From positions 219,728,001 to 219,792,000 of the forward strand of contig OX597814.1 of the NCBI GenBank assembly GCA_951406725.2: 64,000 nt of DNA, in the 5' to 3' direction. The notes below the pieces were generated by a model that was given only the letters and a program-made list of their open reading frames with translations, searched no databases and had not been told where the DNA came from. Position numbers and translations under genes: made by a program. The stretch comes from Octopus vulgaris. Lineage: Eukaryota. Shown here in pieces: positions 53,795 to 64,000 of this stretch (position 1 is the stretch's first letter; every line of letters begins with the position of its first letter).

Positions 53795-54623
53795 TTTGTG
53801 TGTCTGTGTTTGTCCCCCCTAGCATCACTTGACAACCGATGCTGGTGTGTTTACGTCCCCGTCACTTAGCGGTTCGGCAAAAGGGACCGATAGAATAAGT
53901 ACTGGCCTTACAAAGAATAAGTCCCGGGGTCGAGTTGCTCGATTTAAGGCGGTGCTCCAGCATGGCCGCAGTCAAATGACTGAAACAAGTAAAAGAATAA
54001 AGAGTATTTGGCTTATATCTGAACATTTCTAGACATATTTCAAATGTCCAGTTTACTGCCCTGATCAAATATATCCTGCCAGCATTTAGAGAAGCAAGTT
54101 ATACTAATATTACATAATGGCCGACACTTGGTCATTGATGGCAATATCACATATTACTTGTGATATATCAATGTGCAATTGGCTGAGCAGTCCACAGACA
54201 CCTGTGTACCCTTAATGTAGTTCTCGGGGAGATTCAGCATAAAAGGGAATGTGACAAGGCTGGCCCTTTGAAATACAGGTACTACTCATTTCTGCCAGCT
54301 GAGTGAACCAGAGCAGTGTGACATAAAGTGTCTTGCTCAAGGATTCAATGTGTCACTGGGAATCAAACTCAGTACCGAGCCAAATACCCTAACCACTAAG
54401 CCATACACCTTCACCAATCTTACATAATAATTATATCATCCTCATCATGTTTTGCTCTGCTGGATCAGTTTTGCATTGGTTTCTACAGCCAGATGTCCTT
54501 CCTGATGCCAACAATTTTACAAAGTCTACTGTCCTAACATCCACATACTAATATGGAAATCTTTCATTATACTTGTATATTACTTTAACTGAGGGAAAGT
54601 GAACACAGCATCAAAAGAAAACT

Positions 54624-55012
54624 GAACTGGAAGCACTCCATCGGTTACGACGACGAGGGTTCCGGTTGATCCGAATCAACGGAACAGCCTGCTCGTGAAA
54701 TTAACGTGTAAGTGGCTGAGCACTCCACAGACACGTGTACCCTTAACGTAGTTCTCTGGGATATTCAGCGTGACACAGAGAGTGACAAAGCCGGCCCTTT
54801 GAAATACAGGTACAACAGAAACAGGAAGTAAGAGTGAGAGAAAGTTGTGGTGAAAGAGTACAGCAGGGATCACCACCATCCCCTGCCGGAGCCTCGTGGA
54901 GCTTTAGGTGTTTTCGCTCAATAAACACTCACAACGCCCGGTCTGGGAATCGAAACCGCGATCCTACGACCGCGAGTCCACTGCCCTAACCACTGGGCCA
55001 TTGCGCCTCCAC
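54624..55012 (-). mobile_element. SINE family C copy (an older relative lies at about 54170-54410)
   Basis: Near-identical copy; TSD CAAAAGAAAACT. Confidence 0.9.
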
Positions 55013-55999
55013 CAAAAGAAAACTAAGTTTGACAGGAAAAGAGAAAATCTTTTCTCCTATTTCGATTCAACATGCAAAAGTACACTAAGAATACCCATGG
55101 AAACATTTGTAATGAAATTTTTGTTGCTTTACGTAATTAAAGGTGAACCTGTTACCAACTAATCTTTCAAAAAGTATCTGGAGGCTATTTTATTCAGTGT
55201 GTTGCTCCTTTAACCCTTTAGTGTTTAAACCGGCCATATCTGGCCCGGATATTCTACATGTTTTATATTGAAACTGGCCATATCTGGCCTCTCACACCTA
55301 CCCGACAATGTCATTCTAAATATAAACAATCACATCACTGAAACCTCAAAGATATAAGATAATGCATGATTAATTCAAAACATTTGAGTGGAAAAGTATT
55401 ACATTTAACAGAGTAATCTGAACACTAAAGGGTTAAGGTGGTAGAATGTTAAGAGAGATTTTATTGATATTTCTGGCAAGTTGAGTAACCCAGTTGAGCT
55501 TCCTTTATTGGATTTTGACACTTGCAGTCATCAACATCATCATCAATATTTAACGTCTGTTGTCTGTGCTGGCAGGGGTTGGACGGTTTGACCAGGGTTG
55601 GCTAGCTGAGAGGCTACACCAGACTCCAGTCTGATTTGGCATGGCTTTCTATGGCTGGATGCTCTGAGTGTAATGGGTGCTTTTACATGCCACTGGCATG
55701 ACACCAGTATGCGTCACAACCATGATTTCACTTGGCTTGGTGGGTCTTCTACTCAAGCACGGCATATTGTCAAAGGTCTTGGTCATTTGTCATTACCTCT
55801 GTGAGGCCCAATGCTTGAAAGGTGCTTTTTAAGTGCAACCAGCACAGGTGCTAGTGGCACAGGTCACATTGCCCCCATGAGGCATGCATCATATATTTCA
55901 AGGAAAAATGAATTACTAAATTGAATGAGAAGTTATTGATTTTTTTAATATATTTCTATTCAGATGTTTATTTGAAAAGTAAAATTGTTTACATATATA

Positions 56000-56501
56000 C
56001 TGGCAGTATCGCCCGGCGTTGCTCGGGTTTGTAAGGGAAATAACTATATAAGCATTTTTAGAGAGTTATAGCCAAAAAATAGCAAAAAAATGCATTAAAA
56101 ATGGAAGAAAAATGATGGTAAATTTTTTTTTAAATCGTTGACTCATCGTAGACATTTTTAGAGAGTTACTTCCCTTATATAATATCGAAAAAAATGCATT
56201 AAAATGGAAAAAATGATGGTAAATTTTTTTAAAATCGTTTACTCATCGTAGACATTTTTAGAGAGTTACTTCCCTTATATAATATCGAAAAAAATGCATT
56301 AAAATGGAAAAAAATGATGGTAAATTTTTTTTAAATCGTAGACTCATCGTAGATGCGCGCTAATACCCAGAAGGGCTCGATATGAATCACGACTATAAGA
56401 TACCCAGTTTTGGTTAAACTGCACCGCAAAATGTGGGAGTAGTTAGGAATCTAAATCGTAGGAGACAGACAGACACACAACTTCACTTTTATATATAAAG
56501 A
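56000..56501 (-). mobile_element. Non-autonomous Helitron with three ~100-bp internal tandem units
   Basis: Same family as 13134-13535; ends 21 nt before a CDYL exon. Confidence 0.88.
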
Positions 56502-56522
56502 TTTCTCTCATTTCTATTGCAG

Positions 56523-56938
56523 TAATTTCTGGAATTACAAATAAACCTGTCTCTGCAGTGACTGCTTACACTGCAGATGTCAGCCAGATCAAGCGTACCT
56601 CATCCATGAATCCAGCCACCATGTCAATGGACACATTGTATGGAGATGTGCCTGGATTCCAGATGTTGCCAATGATCCCGACCAGCCCATCCACGAACAC
56701 ATACCGTTTACTCATGTCGAAAGTTCCTCCACAGCCTCACTTAAACAAGAAGCATAAACGGAAAGAAGAGACTGACAGTAGTGATGAAGAATGTCAAACT
56801 CAAATCGAACGCCGTCTCAGTGTACGCCAAAGTGAGTGTGCTTTTAGATACAAAGAAATCGTCGTCAAAAAATCAAAGGGCTACACTCAAATATGGCTGA
56901 ACACCCACACTGAACTAAGAAATGCTTTAAATCCACAG
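56523..56938 (+). CDS. CDYL: CDYL-like exon: linker and start of the crotonase (enoyl-CoA hydratase-like) domain
   Basis: Acceptor ttctattgcag at 56522, phase 1, joins 39437 in frame; donor CAG|gtaagt at 56938/9. RRLSVRQSECAFRYKEIVVKKSKGYTQIWL...NALNPQ resembles vertebrate CDYL (RFSVRQTESAYRYRDIVV...NSLNPE, from memory). Exact acceptor is ambiguous (see findings), and exons between 39437 and 56523 cannot be excluded. Confidence 0.88.
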
Positions 56939-57811
56939 GTAAGTAGCTTTTTTTGACACCTGTGAGAGCTTGTTTGTGTTTTAGTTCACAAAACTCTGTC
57001 AGTTAAAGTTGTTAGGTTCAACTCAATTTGCTCAAAGAGCATCAGGTAACAAGAGTTTCCAAGCAATACCATTCTCAGCCAAGCTGCACTCTTCTTCCCA
57101 GTGTTACACCTATTTCAGTCAGGTCACTCTACACATTCCTTTGCCACACCTTTACTGGCCCGACTCTCTTTCTCCTTCCTCCTTCAGTTATCCACTGGAT
57201 TGCTATCCTTGCTGGTGTTTCCAGTGCCAAGTGCAATGCCTGGCCAAGCAGCTTCCTTTGTCTAGCTGTGATTGTCTGTTGCCGTTCTCATGATTTCACC
57301 CTTTGTGTTGTGCTCATGCCAGCTGGTCTTCAGGATATTTCTAAGACACTGGCATCGAAAAGAAAATTCATCGCATCACAAATCCTGTCTGTCACACTTA
57401 CATACAATGCCATAGTTGAAGTCCCTTTCATAATTATCGTCAGGCATAGAGGAGAAACCCCTCTTTTCTAAATTCATCATCTGTCAGTGGATGAGAGGTT
57501 TGGAACAAGATAAGTAACAGGTGAACACTATACAGGTGAATGTAGTAAAATTTCAAGTTTTACTATACTAGTTTTCAATCATGAGTCACAATGGATTTTT
57601 CAGCCTTAAAAACCCAAAAATCATTGCAAAACCAGAATTTCGCCTCTCTCTCCACTCACCCCCTGCCATACTGTTTTCTCTCCCTGCTCTTTTGTACTCC
57701 TACTGGGTTAATTAGAATGTAAACCCCTGTCAAATTAATTTGACCAAAAGTATACAGAATATTGTGTGTGTGTGTGTGTGTGTGCGTGTGTGTGCGTGCG
57801 TGTGTGTGTGC

Positions 57812-57842
<31 letters not shown>

Positions 57843-58866
57843 TACACACACATTGCTAGGATAATATTTAAATGCTGAGATAATTCAAATCAGAGTTGCT
57901 TCCCTTGCACTGTGAAGCGGCCTACTTTGTTGATGATCAAATTGAAAATGTCATCTTGTGCTGTTCTGGGAAATTCGATGGACATACTGACAGGAAAGAA
58001 GTTTAAGGTTTCCCTATTGAGCACTCAATCCATATTCATTTGAAAGTAATGCTACAGCAACTGGGACTTCATACCTATAAAATCGTATTTGTCAAACACA
58101 AACACGTGTGTAGTGAGAATTGTAGACATGAAATGTCAATTACGGTAGCATGTGTGTGTGGGGGTGAGAAAAAGAGAGGGGGGTGTAAATATTAGACCCT
58201 AACTGAGAGGTCAGTGTTAAACTCTCAATCTAACCTTTCTAGTTGTAAACTATACACCACAAAGTAAGATCAATTTGTGAGCAACAGCATTGTGAAAATT
58301 GACGAGTTGTTTATTAACTGGTGCTGCTAAATTTGACTCTTTCATTCCCTGTGGATTGCAGTGGCTTCATGTTTGAATCAAAGTTTGCTGGCTGGGGCAG
58401 TCCATCTTGCTATCGAGTTCAGTCTCTGGGCCTGATTGCAAGTTGTCTGTGTAATGTTTTGTGTGCAAGCAACCATCATCAGATAAACATCTCTCAGCCT
58501 TAAAATATACTATCCATGTAGTTTGTGTACGTATATGCATAGATGGATGGACATGTGCATATGTATGTGCATATATAGAAATCCAAATACTGTGTAACCA
58601 TCCAGTGCTAACAGTGGGGTTAAATATATTTTCCTTTTTCACTTGTTACTTCCTAATCCCTTTTCAATGTTGCTTTAATACTTCTCTCCCCTGTTCACTT
58701 CTCTTTACTACTTACCTAATGACTCTCTTACCTACCGCTCATTTAACATTCACAGGTAACAAATATACTGAAAAGTAAGAAAATCACAAGTTGCTATATT
58801 AGTGTATTTGATTAGAAAATTTGCTATTTTTAAATCTCACAAGAGATATTCAGTTATAGTACTTTG

Positions 58867-59110
58867 GAGTAAAGATTGTTTGCCAACATAACATGGCAGT
58901 CCTGGTTTAGGACAAATGTTGCTGCAATTTAGTCCCAGGAGACATTGTCTCCAGCTGGCTATATGACACAATCTGTCCCCTTGTTCCAAAATATAAGGAC
59001 ACAAATCATGTCGTATAGCCAGCTGGAGATGATGTCTCCTGGGGCTAAATTACAGCAACATTAGTCCTAAACCAGGACTGCCATGTTATGTTGGCAAACA
59101 ATCTTTACTC
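58867..59110. repeat. 244-bp foldback (near-perfect palindrome, MITE-like)
   Basis: GAGTAAAGATTGTTTGCCAACATAACATGGCAGTCCTGG... is matched by its reverse complement ending at 59110. Confidence 0.92.
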
Positions 59111-59997
59111 TTGTGTATTTGATGTTTTTGAAAGCAATAACTTTGGGTTACCCAATCCTCAGTTTGCTTTGTAAACTACAAAGTATAGATCCTCCCATTT
59201 TAGACATTGTAGTGAAAGTCCTGATGGTAATTAGGCTGGGAAATATAAATGGGCCAAGTGACTACATGGAAGCACTATGGATAGTTCTGGGCACAGGGAT
59301 GACTGTGTGATCAAAAAGTTTGCTTTGCAATGACTTGGTTTTGGTTTTGATCACACTGCACAGCACCTTGGGCAAGTGTCTTCTACCTTAGTCTCATATT
59401 GATCTAGGCATTGTGAGTGAAATTTGTATATAGAGACTGTGGAAGTCTGTTGGTTGGATCATCCATGCTTTTGAGTGTTGAGGTTACTCTTGCTGCCCTG
59501 TTGAACTTCCTCTGCCATCTCGCCTTTTGGTGCTTTCAGCAGAGTCCACTCTCTTGTATGCACTTGGACTATGTCTCCAGCCTGGTGATAATTTCTTCAC
59601 TTCCTTCTAGTTTCAGATGCCCTGATAAGGGTCATAACCACTACCCTTCCTCTTCTGTTTAAGCCTTAAAGAATAAATAAAAATAGCAAAGTCAATTCAC
59701 AATACATGTCTGTATACTATAAAGTAAATGATCAAACGTATACAAATGGGCCGAATGGGAAACGTCAATAATTTCTGTCTCTTATGAACTGCATAGAAGT
59801 GTGTGCATTATGGTTTGTGAACTGACTGAAGTGTGGTAGTCAACTGATAGTTTCTTCATCACCATAGATATTTTCTTTTGTTACTTAGAGAAACATTGGT
59901 GGCTTGTCTTTTTCCTGCCCTATACTGTTCATAAATGCTTTATTTGTTGTTATTTCTTTTGTAAATATAAATTTGTTTTCTTCTTATCATTTGCTAG

Positions 59998-60161
59998 GTT
60001 ATTCAAGAAGTTGTGTCTGCCTTAAATTCTGCCAAATATGATGACAGTCATCTTGTGATGTTTTCCAGTCTTGGCAGTGTCTTTTGCTCTGGCATAGACC
60101 TCCATTTTCTGCTAACTGGTGAACGTAAGGTACAAGCCAGAAAAATGGCAGATGCACTCAG
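59998..60161 (+). CDS. CDYL: CDYL-like crotonase-domain exon (164 nt, phase 0 to phase 2)
   Basis: Acceptor ttgctag|GTT, donor AG|gtaaga. Encodes VIQEVVSALNSAKYDDSHLVMFSSLGSVFCSGIDLHFLLTGERKVQARKMADALR, containing the crotonase FCSGxD oxyanion motif. Too short for the ORF track. Confidence 0.92.
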
Positions 60162-60176
60162 GTAAGACTATATATA

Positions 60177-60832
60177 TGTGAGGGAGGGTCAAAAACTTAA
60201 TGCACTCTTGTTTTTTCCAATGTATTTACACAAAAGCAAGGGATGAGCAATTCAGTCATTTTTCTATACAGTTTCCTTCCTTTTCAATGCACTTGGTCCC
60301 ACGCTCCACAAGCTTGCATATTCCCTCCAGGAAGAAGGTTTACGGTTGGTTGTACAACCATTTATGCACCGCTTCCTTCACATCTTTATCTGTAGGAAAT
60401 TGACAACCTTGTAAATCATCTTTGAATGGTCAAAAGGTATGATAGTCGGAACTGGGCTGTGGGCAGGGTGTTTCAGCATCTAAAAACCCAATTGGTTAAT
60501 GCTTTCATCAGTGTGGGTGGCCATGTGTGGGTGTGCATTGTCATGCAACAACGAAACTTTTTTGACAATAGGCAAAGCAATATATCTTGCACTGTTGATT
60601 GTACACCTTTTTTACAGAGAAATCGGATCACTGCTCCTTGCTCTTCTTTGGTGCACATTGCTAGTGGAGCAGCCATGCTTCACACTGTAAACTCCGAAAG
60701 AAAAATGGCACGATCAGGCTCAAACTTTGATCATGTGACCACAACGGTACCAACTATAAGCACACATGCGCAGAAGGCAGTGTGACAATAGTGTTATGGT
60801 GGGAGTGCAGATAAGTTTTGACTTCCCCTTGT
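60177..60832 (-). mobile_element. Internally deleted mariner element just downstream of a CDYL donor site
   Basis: Imperfect TIRs GAGGG...GTCAAAAACTTAATGCACTC / GAGTGCAGATAAGTTTTGACTTCCCCT; ORF MAAPLAMCTKEEQGAVIRFL is a mariner-type N-terminus. Confidence 0.75.
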
Positions 60833-61837
60833 GTGTGTGTGTATGTATATATATATATATAAATTAATTATTAAAACATATGCATATATACATACATATA
60901 TGTATGTACCTACCTCTACATGTATATATACAGGACACCAAAAAAACGTCGAACACAATGAGAAACGAAAACATAAACACAAAACCAAGGAACTGGACAT
61001 CTTTCTTAAACAATGAAAAAATAGAGTACAGGACAAATAACACAAGGAAAATTCCCCTTCTTCAGTTGCCATGGTTTCATCTACTCTGCGTTAATAACAA
61101 TTTCATAAATAAAACATATGCATACATACATACATACATATATGTACATAACTACATCTATATGTATATATACGGAGTGGCTATGTGGTAAGTAGCTTGC
61201 TAACCAACCACATGGTTCCGGGTTCAGTCCCACTGCGTGGCATCTTGGGCAAGTGTCTTCTGCTATAGCCCCGGGCCGACCAATGCCTTGTGAGTGGATT
61301 TGGTAGACGGAAACTGAAAGAAGCATGTCGTATATGTGTGTATGTGTTTGTGTGTCTGTGTTTGTCCCCCTAGCATTGCTTGACAACCGATGCTGGTGTG
61401 TTTGCGTCCCCGTCACTTAGCGGTTCGGCAAAAGAGACCGATAGAATAAGTACTGGGCTTACAAAGAATAAGTCCCGGGGTCGATTTGCTCGACTAAAGG
61501 CGTTGCTCCAGCATGGCCGCAGTCAAATGACTGAAACAAGTGAAAGAGAGTAAAGAGAATATGGCAACTTGTGGAACCAATCTCCCATATTTACATGTGT
61601 GTGTGTGTGTCCGTGTCCCTGTTCAAAGCAATCTAACTCAAGGGACATAATTCTGTAAGACATTGCAACCTAGCAGAGAACACATTTAATTCATGACATA
61701 TTTTCATTAAATATTATTTTCTACTTCTACTTCTCCCCCTCCATTCCCTATCCTTTCTACAGCCATTCACTTTTGCCCTTAGTTTTGCTTTTATCGTACA
61801 GCATTCTATGAAAAGTATAACATTTCCTTAACTGCAT

Positions 61838-63485
61838 TCATCATCATTGTCGTTGTTTAACATCTGCTTTCCATGTTGGCATGGGTTGGACGGTTCGACC
61901 GAGGACTGGTGAGCCATGGAGGCTGCACCAGGCTCCAGTCTGATCTGGCAAAGTTTCTACAGCTGGATGCCCTTCCTAACACCAACCACTTTTATGTACC
62001 ACTGGCATATGTGTCAGTCAGGCGACGCTGGCAATGACCACGCTCAAATGGTGCTTTTTATGTGCCACCGGCATGGGATCCAATCAGTGTCCCTGGCAAT
62101 GATCATTCTCGGATGGTGCTTTTAACGTTCCACTGGCACTCTTGCCAATCAGGCGGTACTGTCATCGGCCACGTCAGCAATTTTGATTTCACTTGATTCA
62201 ACAGGTCTTTGCAAGCAAAGTTTATTGTCCAATGAATGAGGAGTACTCATAAGTGGGCTGGTTACACCGACTGGCATAGGCCACGCTTATGGTCTCACTT
62301 GGCTTGCTGGGTCTTCTCAAGCACAGCATATCTCCATAGGTCTCGGTCACTAGTCATTGCCTTAGTGAGGCCCCATGTTCGAAGGTTGTGCTTCATCACC
62401 TCATCCCAGGTCTTCCTGGGTCTACCTCTTCCATAGGTTCCCTCAACTGCTAGGGTGGGACACATTTTCACACAGCTGTTCTCATTCATTCGCAACATAT
62501 GACCATACCAGCGTAGTCGTCTCTCTTGCACACCCCATTTGATGCTTCTCAAATCCAACTTTTCTCTCAGGGCGCTTACACTCTGTCGTGTATGCACACT
62601 GACATTACACATCCAGTGAAGCATACTGGCTTCTTTCCTTGCAAGCTTAAGCATGTCCTCAGCAGTCACGACCCATGTTTCACTGCCATGTAGCATAGCT
62701 GTTTGTATACATGCGTCATACAGTCTACCTTTTACTCTGAGTGAGAAGCCCTTTGTCACCAGCAGAAGGAGGAGCTCTCTGAACTTTGCCTAGGCTATTC
62801 TTATTCTAACAGCTACACTCTCAGAGAATCCACTCTCACTACAGACTTGGTCTCCTAGGTAATGGAAGCTATCAACTACTTCTAGTTTTTCTCCCTGGAA
62901 TGTGGCAGAAGCTGTTCTCTGCACATTTTCAGGGTTTATTGCTCCTGAGCATTTGCCACGTACAAAAACTATCTTCCCAGTTTGCCTTCCTTTGATATTG
63001 CTGCACCTCTTATGTGTCCATAGCTTACACTGGGTACATCTTATAGAGTTTCTACCTACGCCTCTACTACAGATTGAGCAGGGCCATCTACCTGAAGGCA
63101 TTTGTGGTTCGTCTGCCTTCCTACTTATTAAGACTTTGGTTTTAGCAAGGTTGACTCTAAGGCCCTTAGATTCTAATCCTTGCTTTCACACCTGAAACTT
63201 TTCCTCTAGTTCTGATAGTGACTCAGCAATTAGAGCAAGGTCATAAGCATAGAGAAGCTCCCAGGGGCATCCTGTCTTGAATTTTTCTGTTATTGCCTGG
63301 AGGACCATGATGAATAAGAGGGAGATGAGGACTGATCCTTGGTGGAATCCTACCCCTACTCGGAATTCTTCACTACTCATTGCCAACCCTCACCTTACTG
63401 ACAGCATCCCTGTACATGGCTTGCACAGCTCTCACTAACCATTCATCTATCCCCTAGTTTCCTCATTGACCACCAGATAAGGGAT
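61838..63485 (-). mobile_element. 5'-truncated RTE-clade LINE with 3' UTR and (GAT)n tail
   Basis: ORFs 63186-63386 (GFHQGS, LLYAYDL), 62790-63101 and 62295-62759 (LHGSETW, RRLRWYGH, GRGRPRKTW). Tandem-repeat 3' UTR and ATG-repeat tail at about 61838. Confidence 0.9.
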
Positions 63486-64000
63486 TGAGGGAATGATAAT
63501 GATGGCTTCAAATTTTGGGGGCCAGGGGGTAAGTCAATTACATCGATCCCAGTGTTCAACTGGTTCTTAATTTATTGACCCTGAAAAGACGAAAAATGTA
63601 AGAACAGAGGAAATACCAGTAAGCATTTTGCACAGCTAACGATTCTGCCAGCTCCCTGCATCAATAATAATAATAATAATAATAATATTCCTTTCTACAA
63701 AAGGCACAGACTTGAAATCCCAGGGAAGGGGATAGTCGACTACATCGAACCCAGTTTTCCATTGGTACTTAATTTATCGACCCCAAGAGGATGAAAAGTT
63801 AAGCCAACCTCAGTTGAATTTAAACTCCGAATGTACCAACAGACAAAATACCGCTAAGCATTTCACCTGGGTTGCTAACAATTCTGCCAGCTCACCACCT
63901 TCTTCTTGTTGTCGGCGGCGGCAGCGGCAATAATAATAATAATAGTAATAGTAGTAATTGTAATAGTAATAATAATAATAATAATAATTGTTTCTAACAT

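Noticed and set aside
59615-59645. CTGATAAG-GGTCATAACC as a second hammerhead (also CTGAAGA on the minus strand near 61060)
   Set aside because: No GAAA/UH half follows stem II; at best these are decayed Penelope-like remnants.

Overview
AT-rich, microsatellite- and transposon-dense animal genomic DNA. The repeat families look like those of an octopus or other coleoid cephalopod (inferred from recognition, not a database search). The only host gene I can support is a + strand CDYL/CDYL2-like gene (chromodomain + crotonase fold), with three in-phase coding exons at 38867-39437, 56523-56938 and 59998-60161. Its first exon was not found and its 3' exons lie beyond the window. The rest is intron-like sequence holding three SINE families, RTE and CR1-group LINE fragments, one full-length decayed Ty3/gypsy element, piggyBac-derived MITEs with a deleted parent, non-autonomous Helitrons, mariner derivatives and foldback elements. 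Most ORFs in the supplied track are repeat noise. Best leads: (1) the chromodomain exon is bracketed by young inverted SINE/MITE pairs, predicting a cephalopod counterpart of vertebrate circCDYL; (2) a ~634-bp inversion between two inverted Helitrons that splits a MITE; (3) a minimal Penelope-type hammerhead ribozyme; (4) a CpG-rich 54-nt in-frame candidate exon and a 16-nt stop-containing candidate microexon upstream of the chromodomain exon; (5) a SINE/LINE shared 3' hairpin with compensatory changes. I see no evidence of a wholly new multi-gene system.
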